Counted from the first letter of the stretch, positions 1 through 11,193 are shown. The stretch is DNA of 35,101 nucleotides from Octopus bimaculoides (GCF_001194135.2 NC_068981.1:175139440-175174540), one strand, 5' to 3'. Notes: generated by a model not told the origin, from the letters alone. Translations and numbers: made by a program.

Positions 1-80
1 TATATATATATATATATATATATTGTGTGTATATATATATATTGTATATATATTGTATGTGTATATATATATATTGTGTG
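1..80. repeat. (TA)n/(TG)n compound microsatellite
   Basis: Directly visible dinucleotide run. Confidence 0.95.
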
Positions 81-634
81 TATATATTCAAACATACTTA
101 CACATCATACAGACATACAGACGGACAGACACAGATGTAGTTATACTGATGCAGTATTACACGTATATGCAAACGCGCCCACACATGAAGATATCCAAAC
201 ACCGATATAACGTTACACAACCTATTTGTAATCATATACTATATATGAGTATGTATATATATATATGTGAGTGTGTATATATATGTGAGTGTGCATATCT
301 ATGTGTGCGCATTGCACTGAAAATATGATGTTAGTCTTGTTTTATCAATTTCTAATGTTATTCTTTTTCTTTTTCGTATGAATTCTTTGCAATTTGTTTG
401 GAAGAAAATGTTGTTACTTCGAAGAGCATTTAGATTCTCTTCTACATAGATAAAGAAATTTACCGAATAAAAGAAATAGTAATCAACAACGGCTTTTCTA
501 AGAAAACTAAGAGAAAAGTCCAGATAAGAATATAGTCATAAATACTTCAGACGCTTTAGTTATTAAAACTACAGAAACCAAACATAAACTACTTTACAAG
601 GATTATATGTAGATTACGTACGGAAAAAAAATGA

Positions 635-808
635 ACTTACTCTTTCTTCCTCCCGTACAGTTGGCCTATACATTGGGCAACAAGACGTCTCCCAGTTTTG
701 AGTATAGTCAACTGCTTCTTCCCAAGTAATGTGGCTTCAGATCTTGTTAAAATGCAGCAAGCCATTAGTCCTAGTGACTCACTCTCTCTCTCTCTCCCTC
801 TCTCTCCC

Positions 809-854
<46 letters not shown>

Positions 855-970
855 NNNNNNNNNNNNNNNNNNNNNNNNNNNNNNNNNNNNNNNNNNNNNN
901 NNNNNNNNNNNNNNNNNNNNNNNNNNNNNNNNNNNNNNNNNNNNNNNNNNNNNNNNNNNNNNNNNNNNNN

Positions 971-1026
<56 letters not shown>

Positions 1027-1390
1027 TCCTTCTGCTGGTACCCATTTTATAGCTGTCGTGGTTATTCACCCTTCTGGCAAACATAAGCTGCAAGTCTCAC
1101 TCTTCTTTCCGTCACAGTATCCTGCAAGCTGTGCAAATTTTACCATTCTCAGGACTTCAAAGATTGTGATCTCTGTCCCTGTAGATGATCTTGATTGTAC
1201 TTCCTAGACACCATTGATGTCTAGGCAGTACACTAAAACTCTGAGTGATCTGAGCATTCATTTTTCCAAGTTTCCCCTGCATAGACTTCTATTGCCAGGA
1301 CAATGTTTAGGAGCAGCAAGACCTTCATACAGTTGCTAAACGAAGTGCTGGCCCTTGTCTTCTACATTCCTCTAAACTATGCCGAGGCAC
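635..1390 (-). mobile_element. Decayed RTE-clade LINE, 3' end of ORF2 (C-terminal to RT), split by a (GA)n microsatellite and gap
   Basis: Frameshifted minus-strand translation gives ..VYAGETWK.., ..TAIKWVPAEGQR[ER..].. and ..TWEEAV..WRRLVAQC..GGRKSK. This matches the RTE C-terminal pattern (YGxETW; WxPxxGxRxRGRP; TWEEA..WRxxV). It ends in a GAGTAAGT-type tail near 635. Confidence 0.7.
781..1022. repeat. (TC)n microsatellite spanning N gap 855-970
   Basis: Directly visible. Confidence 0.95.
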
Positions 1391-1883
1391 GCTAGATTTT
1401 GAGAAGAGATGGACACAATATATATTTCGTAAAAAAAAAAAATACAACATTCAGTAGGCCAACTATAAACTCTTACAAATAATATACTATAAAAATATCG
1501 AAATTTAAAGCCTTCCTATTTATAACAAACCACAAAACTGGAAATCCTACAAGGTACTAATTGACCAAATTTACAAATTTGATTACAAATGTGAAATCTC
1601 ACTACAAAGCGGTGATTGTATCCCTTCTATACATTTGTGTGCGCGTGTATGTAGCTGTTGTGTATACATGTGTGTACAGTGTATTTATGGAGCATACAAT
1701 TTAGAGAATTTAGATTTGATAACTCAGTGTATAAAACCAAGAAAGTATTCCGGTATCTGTTCACACAAAAAAAAAAAACAGATTGTTCTTTTTCGACCGA
1801 CAGTTAATTAGAATCATCTTATCAATTAATAGTTCGTGTTTGCACCCATATGAGTCCGGTTTCTCTTCATTTCATTCTGGTAG

Positions 1884-1923
1884 AGTAATTCTAGTTTAAT
1901 GAAGGTATTTGTATATCCGCTCA
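1884..1923 (+). other. Candidate short host exon (40 nt)
   Basis: Pyrimidine-rich acceptor ttctcttcatttcattctggtAG and donor A|GTAAGT. Spliced to 1987-2058 through a 63-nt intron it keeps an open frame (SNSSLMKVFVYPLTVLGRRDLV..). No homology recognised. Confidence 0.25.
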
Positions 1924-1986
1924 GTAAGTACAGATATTAGGAATTTGTAGGTAGTAATTCAAAGTGTTATTGGGTTTTTGTTTCAG

Positions 1987-2058
1987 CTGTTTTGGGGAGA
2001 AGGGATCTTGTGCTTTCAATCACCCAGTTCGTTCGGGCTTTGCACTTCATGTATCTCT
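1987..2058 (+). other. Candidate host exon (72 nt)
   Basis: Strong acceptor tttttgtttcAG and donor CT|GTAAGT. Length is a multiple of 3 and all three frames are open. No homology recognised. Confidence 0.3.
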
Positions 2059-2130
2059 GTAAGTACATTTAGCCAAAGGTTCGGAATTTTGTTTATTACA
2101 GGTGATTTACATGTGTCTTAAGAAATGCCG

Positions 2131-2157
2131 TATTATTATTATTATCGCTACTGCTGC

Positions 2158-2217
<60 letters not shown>
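2131..2217. repeat. (ATT)n microsatellite
   Basis: Directly visible. Confidence 0.95.
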
Positions 2218-2221
2218 GTAA

Positions 2222-2870
2222 TGAAAGTAAATTCGTACGCTCTGAATAAGTGAGTCCAAAGCTCCGTAACGCTTCAAATTGTCCATAAACAACAGGTGGT
2301 AGATTGGCCTCATGTTTTTCTGTAGTTTGTGATTATCTCCCATATTTTTTCAGAAAAAGATAGAGTGGTAACACATTAACAATAAACAGCAAGAGTGACA
2401 CAGATTCTTCCTGAGAGATTCTCCTCTTGATGTCGACTTGCCCAATTTCCCCTTCACTTGGTGCCAAAACCAGCTTCCAGTTCCTCATACTGCTTTTGAA
2501 TAAATAAATCATATTTTTAGCTTCCTTGAATCTCTCCAGGCATTTTAGAATCCACGTGTAAGGAACCATATCATATGCCTTCTTATAGTCAATTCAAGCC
2601 ATTGATAGGCTTTTCAACTTTCTCCGATAGTTACTCAAAATTGTCTCTCAATCAGCAACTGATCCTTTGTTCCTCATGATTTCTTCTTGCAGCCTTTCTT
2701 TTCATCTACTAGCAGTTGATTTCTTTCAATATGGTCGAATAATTTCTTTCCCCTTATTCCAGTTAGAAGCTTCCACATCATAGGTAAACAAGTAATCAGG
2801 CGATGGTTACTGGCCACGATTCCCTTGGCTGAGGCCTTCTGAATCAAAACAGTTCTTCCTTTGTAGTATT
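2222..2870 (-). mobile_element. Non-LTR retrotransposon reverse transcriptase fragment (R4/Dong-like), pseudogenised
   Basis: Minus-strand translation gives GRTVLIQK..ITCLPMMWKLLTGI..KGCKKKS*GTKDQLLI..A*IDYKKAYDMVPYTWIL..IKRRISQEES..HLLFMDNLKRY..LDSLIQSVRI. These are canonical RT motifs, with stops and a frameshift. The clade call rests on GTKDQLLI and IDYKKAYD. Confidence 0.85.
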
Positions 2871-3785
2871 TATTTACTTTTCCAGTATAATTCCTTGATG
2901 TACAAAAACTTGAAGGTACTTTTATACTTTAGGACGTGTTTGAGAGTGTGTATGCGTATGTGTGTGTGTGTTGTACATGGGTAATCGTGCGTATTTGTGC
3001 GCAGGAGCTTATGTATGGGTGTGGTCCATGTTTCAAGCGCAGATCTTTTCCTCTCACAGGTGTATTGCTAATTGCTATTTCAGTTAAATACACGGCTTAC
3101 CCACCGCATATTTTTTACACTATTGATTTCTCTCAAAGTATCTTGTAAAACACATAAGCCATTCCATTACTACTAGGAGGACTTTCGGTACGTTTATTTA
3201 TCCAAGGAGCTCGCTAATTTCAACTTAATGTTTCTATTAAAAGTTTTTGTTTATACTTTGTAAAAGCTGGTCTCAAAATCTGAGCCCATTTGGGCCTTTA
3301 TTTATTTATTCATATATTTTCTTCGTATTTATATTAGGAGACAAAGAAAACGTAGCTGAGTTTCACCACCACTCTGTTTCCAGTATTCAAAACAATGTGA
3401 AAAGCTCGCTCTTAGTCACTTATTTATTTATCCGTTCATTTATGTATTTATATACTTTTTCAGTATTTCTATGGGTTTTTTTTCGCTCCAAATTTCGATA
3501 ATGCTATGTGTTGGTTTTTCCAAATGAATATTCACATTATTTGTTTCTTTGCGATCTGTAATACAGTAAGCTGGAGTTTGTAATCATTTACTGTTGTCCG
3601 TATTAGTACTGTATTCGATCTCCTCATGAGTATCTACACACACAAACACGCGTACACATAGATAGACATACACAAACATGAACATACGCACACATTCACA
3701 TTCACAGAACTACATAGACGTATATCCTTGTAAAGGGTTTATGTTCGTGTATGCTAGTGATATCTTTCTTTATTAGAAGAAAATG

Positions 3786-3930
3786 ATAATTACTTTTAAG
3801 TAACCCGCTCTTACCGAACGACCTGTACAAATCATTTGTTTATAGTGATCACTTGTTCGTGCCACACATTCGCTGATCTCTCTCCATGAAATCGACGTTG
3901 TCAGAACAGGTCCACTGTGTACCATGCTTT
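3786..3930 (-). mobile_element. 3' fragment of a tRNA-derived SINE (same family as 30060-30375)
   Basis: Aligns by eye with ~30110-30200: gaacgacctgtacaaatcatttgtttatagtga versus gaacaaccggtacagatgacttgtttatggtga. Confidence 0.65.
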
Positions 3931-3939
3931 CTGTAAGGA

Positions 3940-4956
3940 AGAAAAACCATAAGTGGCCCGTTGAACCACAATTGTGGCACTTCGGCCTTCTGCCCTTCCT
4001 GTTCACCCTTAGTTCTACTCCATTCGAGAGGGAAATCAAGTCTGGGACTTTCTCTAACTCATCTGGCTTCACGTAGAGAAGAACCTCCAAGGTAATCCTA
4101 ACCCATTTCTCCCTCCTCGTTCTTTTAATATCCAGGAGATTCTCTCTCTCGTCCGTACAAATACAGGCGAGAATCCACCATAAATTCAGGACTGGTGGAA
4201 CTCCAGGTACCGTAATTCGCACCGCCCTTCTTCCCATGTACGTTCAGAACAGGACGATTTCTTCGGTGTGCCACGTGATCACCGAGCTCTGTATCGCCTG
4301 TCCGTCGGTCTTGAAAAAGACCTCTACTCCGCCGTACTACCTCGACCTCGTAATGTTTTGGATATCCTGACACATATCGTTCAAGACATTTCCTACCTGG
4401 TCGCTTCTAGCGTTTTCGAATTACATTGTCTTTGTGTTAACGCACCCGTAGACAATTGTTCGTTGGGCTGTTGCTTCAAGCATGTCTCTTGGACGTGTCA
4501 ATTCTGCCCACCTTCCATTCATTTTCATATATTTTGCTGCTTTGTTTAGTTCTTCTATTTTGTTCTCCAATTCCTTAGTTGCCGCGATATTTGCAAAAGT
4601 CTCTTTCCCGCCGCTTACTCCATTTTTGTTCTTCGTCATTGTTGTCAATGTTATTCTTCGTGCTACTACAATTTCCATGTAGTGAGGAAGANNNNNNNNN
4701 NNNNNNNNNNNNNNNNNNNNNNNNNNNNNNNNNNNNNNNNNNNNNNNNNNNNNNNNNNNNNNNNNNNNNNNNNNCCAGTTTTTCCTTTTTTCTTTTCTTT
4801 TTCTTTTTGGATCGCTAACCTTCCACCGTCTCGCTAACTTATCTCCTCCTCCTCCTCCTCCCGCTGTCTACTGCCAATCATGGTGGGGAGGACAGGGAAG
4901 TCGTCGTGCAAATTGCTGTACCACCTTCCTTCCTCACTTCCGCTTTTCGTCGCCAT
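3940..4956 (-). mobile_element. Decayed L1/Tx1-type ORF1 (gag-like nucleic-acid-binding protein with zinc knuckle)
   Basis: ATG at 4956 (MATKSGSEE..). After the gap there is one long frame with 3 stops: ..YGGVEVFF..TYMGRRAVRITVPGVPP..LEVLLYV..KVPDLISL..KGRRPKCHNCGSTGHL. Homologous to the element at 18886. Confidence 0.75.
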
Positions 4957-5206
4957 CTTCAATGTTTATTTTCTTCGAAGCAAATTTTCGAAAAAATGTG
5001 AAACAAAAAGGTTTGTATCACCTCCAAAATAGGGATTTGCTCAACAAACGTCAGCCCCCAGAAGGGCAGCTGGCTTGCAAAACGATTTAAACAACAGAAT
5101 ACAGTATATAGCCTTTTAAACAAGTGAATTTGTCATAAACTTACAGCGCTCCAAAAACACACCTCCAGCTATGGTGGCAATAATACAAAGAATGATAATA
5201 ATAATC

Positions 5207-5392
5207 CTTTCTACTAAAGACACATGGATCGAAATTATAGAGGAGGGGACTAGTCAATTATATCGACCTTAGTGCTCAGCTGGTACTTAATTAATCGATC
5301 CCGAAAGGATGAAAGGCAAAGTGGACCTCGGTGGGATTTGGACTCAGAATGTAAAAGACATGCGAAATGCCACTAAGCATTTTGCCCGGCTT

Positions 5393-5397
<5 letters not shown>
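5207..5397 (-). mobile_element. tRNA-derived SINE (octopus-type GAAAGGATGAAAGGCAAAGTCGACCTC family), diverged
   Basis: Contains cccgaaaggatgaaaggcaaagtggacctcgg..actcagaatgtaaa..ctaagcattttgcccgg, shared with 7 other copies in the window. Confidence 0.85.
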
Positions 5398-5427
<30 letters not shown>

Positions 5428-5499
5428 TGATAATCATAATGATGCTACTACTGCTGCTGCTGATAATATTAATGTATATCTATAGACTCACAGACAGAT

Positions 5500-5518
5500 A
5501 GATAGAGTGATTAGATAG

Positions 5519-5589
<71 letters not shown>
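5500..5589. repeat. (GATA)n microsatellite
   Basis: Directly visible. Confidence 0.95.
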
Positions 5590-6309
5590 CATGTCCTAGC
5601 ATTCCATTACAGTCGTGCGTCTAGTTGACACTCTATCTGCGGCAGGCTTTCGTAGGCAAGCGCAACTGACTGGTTATATTTAACTGTGAAAGGCATCTTC
5701 TCAATATGGAAAGCATTTTGATTAGTGTTAGATACACAATAGAGGCTGAAAATCTGTTAATACGCAAATATAATAGATTTATGTTTATATATTTCTCAAA
5801 TATATTCTTGTATGATATATATATATATATGAATTAAGAAATGTTTACATTTCATATAAATCTAATATCGTATTTATACCTGAATAACTTGACTAAATCC
5901 ATTAACTTTCTTCAACAGTACTGTTATTAATGAACTATAAATAGAGATAGCATGTATTTTAGTAATTGAAACCTTACTGAATAGAATATGCTATTCGTAA
6001 TTATTTCATTTATATAGAAAACTATATGAACACTTTTGAGCAATTTTTTAAAGCAGTATTCCATAACGATATGGCAAGAGTAAATTTAACGAGATTTAAG
6101 CAACAGATGCTTTGTTAGAGAAAATATACTTTCACCCAATGCAGAAAAGACGAAATATTAAATGCAAAATTTCTGTACAGCTTCGAAAATTGGAATATGT
6201 TTTCTATGTGTCTGTAGCATAAACCATCATGCGTATAGGTAGCAGAAGATATAGTACTCATCCGTCGTTTTCGACGATGACCAGAACATCACATGGGATA
6301 AGAAGATGA

Positions 6310-6600
6310 AGATGAGTCACAGTGTGTTCGGCTATGAACGACCTGGCCAATGCGTGCGCGCATGGTTCTGTCACAGGTTGGGCAAAAGGCAAGAAATTGG
6401 CTCTGGACTTGCGCAGCTCACGTTTTCTTTGTGCTCTCGCGATCCTATTCTGTTCTGAAGAATTGGCAACACTGTTGGTGCAGCTAAGCTGGGATGGGTG
6501 ATTCTGTGCTTGCGTTTCCCAGGTGTCGGGGTTGGTCTTAAAGCACTTCAGTGAGAAAGACATAAGTTATCATAAATGTGAACATTGCGAAGGTGAGTCA
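6310..6600 (+). promoter_or_regulatory. GC/CpG-enriched non-repeat island: candidate promoter/first exon, or internal exon 6523-6592
   Basis: Contains TGAGTCA (6313), CCAAT (6347), TGCGTGCGCGCATG (6351), acceptor-like ttgcgtttcccAG (6522) and consensus donor AAG|GTGAGT (6593). A 101-aa ATG ORF lies on the minus strand with no recognised homology. Confidence 0.3.
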
Positions 6601-6678
6601 CAATTTCGCTGTGCTGACGTGAGATTGTGAAGAAAGATCTTTGCTTTACGTGTCATCGTATGTAGAATGAACCATAGT

Positions 6679-6720
6679 TTGTGTGCATACATTGTATATA
6701 TATACAATGTATGCACACAA
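6679..6720. repeat. Perfect 42-bp palindrome
   Basis: ttgtgtgcatacattgtata-ta-tatacaatgtatgcacacaa equals its own reverse complement. Confidence 0.95.
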
Positions 6721-8220
6721 GTGCGCAAATGCACACACATATATCATGTAGTTGAGTAGTATATCCTTGGATATGGCATATGGCCCGTCAGAAAGCTTTC
6801 ATTGGTTTCGCTTTTACTATTACAATTGTACAATTGGCAGTGTAGACGAATCATCAGGCCTACTGATACTAATGTATGTAAATTCTGTTTTGGTCATTTT
6901 GATGGTGGAAAAAACCCGAAAAAAAAAACCCTTTCTGAGATGGAATGAAGTGTTCCCTCCTCTTAAACGAGTCCAGCTATGGCCTAAATGGGCTAGTCTG
7001 TTTATATTTTCCCCCCTTCTCTAGCCTGCAAATGGGAAGGCGACGTTTTTAAAACGACGTTTTTGTTATGAGTGCATCGACTAAAAATTTCACAATTTGG
7101 ATTCAAGAAGGCTCCCGGAACGTGGGAATTTTTTAGGATCATTTTCCTCTCTGCCAAGAAAAGTTTCCCCCTTCTACTTCTGTTGAGGTATGGCCGAGGT
7201 TGTTCCAGCAGCTTTCAGTAAGATTTAAAGTGTGTTTTTTTCTGACTTATGGACAACTTACCAATATACATATCTGCATATCTACATACCTACACACACA
7301 CACACACACACACATACACATACACACACACATANNNNNNNNNNNNNNNNNNNNNNNNNNNNNNNNNNNNNNNNNNNNNNNNNNNNNNNNNNNNNNNNNN
7401 NNNNNNNNNNNNNNNNNNNNNNNNNNNNNNNNNNNNNNNNNNNNNNNNNNNNNNNNNNNNNNNNNNNNNNNNNNNNNNNNNNNNNNNNNNNNNNNNNNNN
7501 NNNNNNNNNNNNNNNNNNNNNNNNNNNNNNNNNNNNNNNNNNNNNNNNNNNNNNNNNNNNNNNNNNNNNNNNNNNNNNNNNNNNNNNNNNNNNNNNNNNN
7601 NNNNNNNNNNNNNNNNNNNNNNNNNNNNNNNNNNNNNNNNNNNNNNNNNNNNNNNNNNNNNNNNNNNNNNNNNNNNNNNNNNNNNNNNNNNNNNNNNNNN
7701 NNNNNNNNNNNNNNNNNNNNNNNNNNNNNNNNNNNNNNNNNNNNNNNNNNNNNNNNNNNNNNNNNNNNNNNNNNNNNNNNNNNNNNNNNNNNNNNNNNNN
7801 NNNNNNNNNNNNNNNNNNNNNNNNNNNNNNNNNNNNNNNNNNNNNNNNNNNNNNNNNNNNNNNNNNNNNNNNNNNNNNNNNNNNNNNNNNNNNNNNNNNN
7901 NNNNNNNNNNNNNNNNNNNNNNNNNNNNNNNNNNNNNNNNNNNNNNNNNNNNNNNNNNNNNNNNNNNNNNNNNNNNNNNNNNNNNNNNNNNNNNNNNNNN
8001 NNNNNNNNNNNNNNNNNNNNNNNNNNNNNNNNNNNNNNNNNNNNNNNNNNNNNNNNNNNNNNNNNNNNNNNNNNNNNNNNNNNNNNNNNNNNNNNNNNNN
8101 NNNNNNNNNNNNNNNNNNNNNNNNNNNNNNNNNNNNNNNNNNNNNNNNNNNNNNNNNNNNNNNNNNNNNNNNNNNNNNNNNNNNNNNNNNNNNNNNNNNN
8201 NNNNNNNNNNNNNNNNNNNN

Positions 8221-8264
<44 letters not shown>

Positions 8265-10166
8265 GTGTGTGTGTATGTGTAGGTCCATATCAAGTTCATG
8301 TCTACTTGACATCATGCATGACGATATATTGTCACAAGTTTGTAATTGATGGCGTATGAAATACTTTAGTTAAGAAGACTTATCAATCATTTATTCATTG
8401 ATGTATCGTCTTTGTAAGATAGTTTGTGGTCACAAGTGCGCGATCTACATGTACTTTTACAAATACAGACTCTGTTTTAATATTGCTATCATATTATGTC
8501 ATAGTGTTTTCAGATTCAAGCACTGTAATCAGACAGTAGTAACTGTATTTTTATAAATTCCTAAGCTTGATTTTTGTTTGCACTGTTTTCTAATTGCCAT
8601 TTTGGCAATCACTTTGGTACGAAACTGTAAGTCCTCAGTAATTCTGCTAAACTTCTCTGTTAATAATCGTACTAATATGCGCGTCTATGCATTGCTGTGT
8701 GTTCGTATGCGCGTGTATGTATGTGTGTATGTGTGTATGATCATGCATATGTTTATGTGTGCTGATGCGTGTGTGAGAGAGTGTGTGTGACTGTGCATGT
8801 TCCTGCGTTTGTTATTAATTAAATTTAAATAGCTTCGAATTTTCTAAAATTCCACCTTTGAATGCAATTCCCTGGTTAGCAATATTTATATGAAGACGAC
8901 AAAGACAATTTCGCATTAGTCAGGGGAACTTAATAATATTTGGTTTTCAAAATAGAGCATGAGCAAGAAAACTATTAAAAATATTGTTGGAATCCATATC
9001 CCGAGATCCAGACGTCTTATCTTAATTAATATACGGTCTTAAATCTAGCAAATTATCTGGACTATTATAGTCCTAGACATACTGGTGCATCATCTTTGTT
9101 TGATAAGTGTAAATAATTTCCAACAAGAAAATATAACACAAAAATTGTTTTCATGAAGGCCAAACTTATTTGCCTGTTAATCAATCAAATGCCATCATTT
9201 TCAGAAAATGAACTAATTAAATGAATAACAAAACGACGTGTAATTTAAAACTACAATGAAATATTACTGATTTTTCACAGTCTCATTATATTAGATGGCA
9301 CCATTTGTATTGATAGCTCAATCATTTAGTCATAAATTCCTTCAGTAAATGAATCCAGAGTTGAAAATACAATACTAATGAATCAAAACTGCAAATGGAT
9401 TATTAAATGCTGGCTTTTATAAAATGCTTTACTTACTTTTAGCGCTATAGGAAAATATTAGCACACGATTGAAAGTAAACAACTTGCAAGAGACAAACTC
9501 TCAAATGCTGAAAGCTAACAAAGGTTTATAAAGGTCAAACATCAGGTTTATAGGACAACCAGTTGTATTAAGGTTCGTTGCAAAACTTGCGTGTATCTGT
9601 GTAACAAAGAATGAAAGTATTTGGCTACGTGTATTCTTCATAACCTCCCTTTCTCCGTGTTTGTATGTTTTTGCGAGTGGTAGGTCCAACTGTGAGCGTG
9701 TCACTTATTTACATAGAATAGATGCGCGTACGTGTTTAAACACCACAGAGAGGCTTAAAATTTCTAACTAATATGTTTATAGTTATATCCATGTATATAG
9801 ATAGATATAAGATGCGTTAGCGCAAATGATCTTTTTTTTATATAGCACCGGGAAATATTCAGATTTCTCAGATCGGTGTGTATTCTAGTGTAAACAATCA
9901 CGCATTTACACGCAGGGACACACCAGAGATACATACACGGGTGTATGTGTGTGTGTGTGTGTGTGTCTAAATGTGTTTGTCCGCCTGTAAGTGTGCATAA
10001 ATATATCTAAAGGTACATGCGAATTTCGTTTGATCATAGCTTTTATTATTTTGGTGTGATCTGAAACTAATACAAAATTACTTTAGTTAGGACAATGAAA
10101 AATAGGTATGTGAAATAAGCGAGAAATTATGAATTACTAATCTATGTATTAAAACTAATATATATA

Positions 10167-10327
10167 TGTTGTGTCGACGCCCCCAGGCCAAGAAGTAGAA
10201 TCCCCCAAGACATATAAATAGAGGTAGTCTGGCCGTGGTAGGTGTGTTGAATAGCAGTCGAGTAGCAGTTGTGTAGCGGTTGAGTAGAGATCATCCGAAG
10301 GTGCTAGATAGCAGTAGCTTGAGACAT

Positions 10328-10331
<4 letters not shown>
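10167..10331 (+). mobile_element. Short solo LTR (165 bp) inserted in a (TA)n tract
   Basis: Begins TGTTGTGTC and ends GACATAACA (8/9 inverted match, TG..CA ends). Internal TATAAATA; ATATA flanks both sides; GC content is higher than the flanks. Confidence 0.7.
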
Positions 10332-10377
<46 letters not shown>

Positions 10378-10378
<1 letters not shown>

Positions 10379-10684
10379 TGGAATGAAACGCAGGTGTTAT
10401 TTCTTTCTCTCCCTGATGAAAAGATTACATTGTTTTACAGCATTTTATTCCTTTGGAATAATACCAATGTTGTCTTCGAAACATGTGTCGGTAGTAAAAG
10501 AATTTGAATAACACCTGCGTTTAACTCCATTTATTTCTTTATATATATTATACAAAATATTTCACATCGAACCGGAGTTTCTACCTTTACAAACAGAGTG
10601 TTACGTCCTTATTACTGGTGTGATTTTTTGCTACCCTGATGATTGTTTATCTATTTTTTCCGTGTTAATTATAAACAAGGGAAA
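10378..10684 (+). ncRNA. Type I hammerhead ribozyme motif in a Penelope-like/retrozyme-like repeat unit, followed by a partial second copy
   Basis: CTGATGA (10413-19), helix II aagattacattg/caatgttgtctt, GAAA (10478-81), C-ATGT-GTC (predicted cut after 10489). The distal part of helix I is a perfect 16-bp pair, 10386-10401 with 10507-10522. A second ttttgctacc-CTGATGA occurs at 10626-10642. Confidence 0.65.
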
Positions 10685-11084
10685 AATACACACATCCATA
10701 TATATATATATATTTATATATATATTGGAAGGTTTGGAGGTGATGTACAAGCATTAATATTTATAAAACATGTGACATATTAATAAAAATCTGTAAATGT
10801 ACAACCATCCAGATATCTGAGTACCTTATTATTTTTCCTAATATATATGTATATATATATATATTTGTATGTGCAAAGTAACAGTTTTAGAGAGATACCA
10901 TTGATTTCACATCTAGAGAACAGTTATCGTTTAGAGAAACTGAAGACACGTCTAGCTCACGCTAGATATGAAACCAATGATATTTCTCTAAAAGCGTTAC
11001 TTTACAAATACAAAAATAAACAACTGGTCTATTTTTATAAGGTATGCTCTTTTTCTGACTTATGAACTTTATAACGAAGATATA

Positions 11085-11169
<85 letters not shown>

Positions 11170-11193
11170 CAAACATACAAACACACACACACA

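Noticed and set aside
6770-6870. Minus-strand CTGATGA..GAAA around the palindrome caattgtacaattg
   Set aside because: No convincing helix I or properly placed cleavage triplet, so it is not called a hammerhead.
7200-8359. Long ORFs of 260-375 aa here and at 14865-15936, 26634-27534 and 28752-29844
   Set aside because: They consist of N gaps (855-970, 4692-4774, 7335-8220, 13281-13290, 14973-15771, 16951-17089, 17891-17988, 26878-27383, 28982-29690, 31183-31339) plus dinucleotide repeats, so they are not genes.
8566-8626. Hydrophobic frame LHCFLIAILAITLVRN ending at a GTAAGT donor
   Set aside because: Weak acceptor, phase incompatible with the 6523-6592 candidate, and T-rich DNA readily gives hydrophobic peptides.
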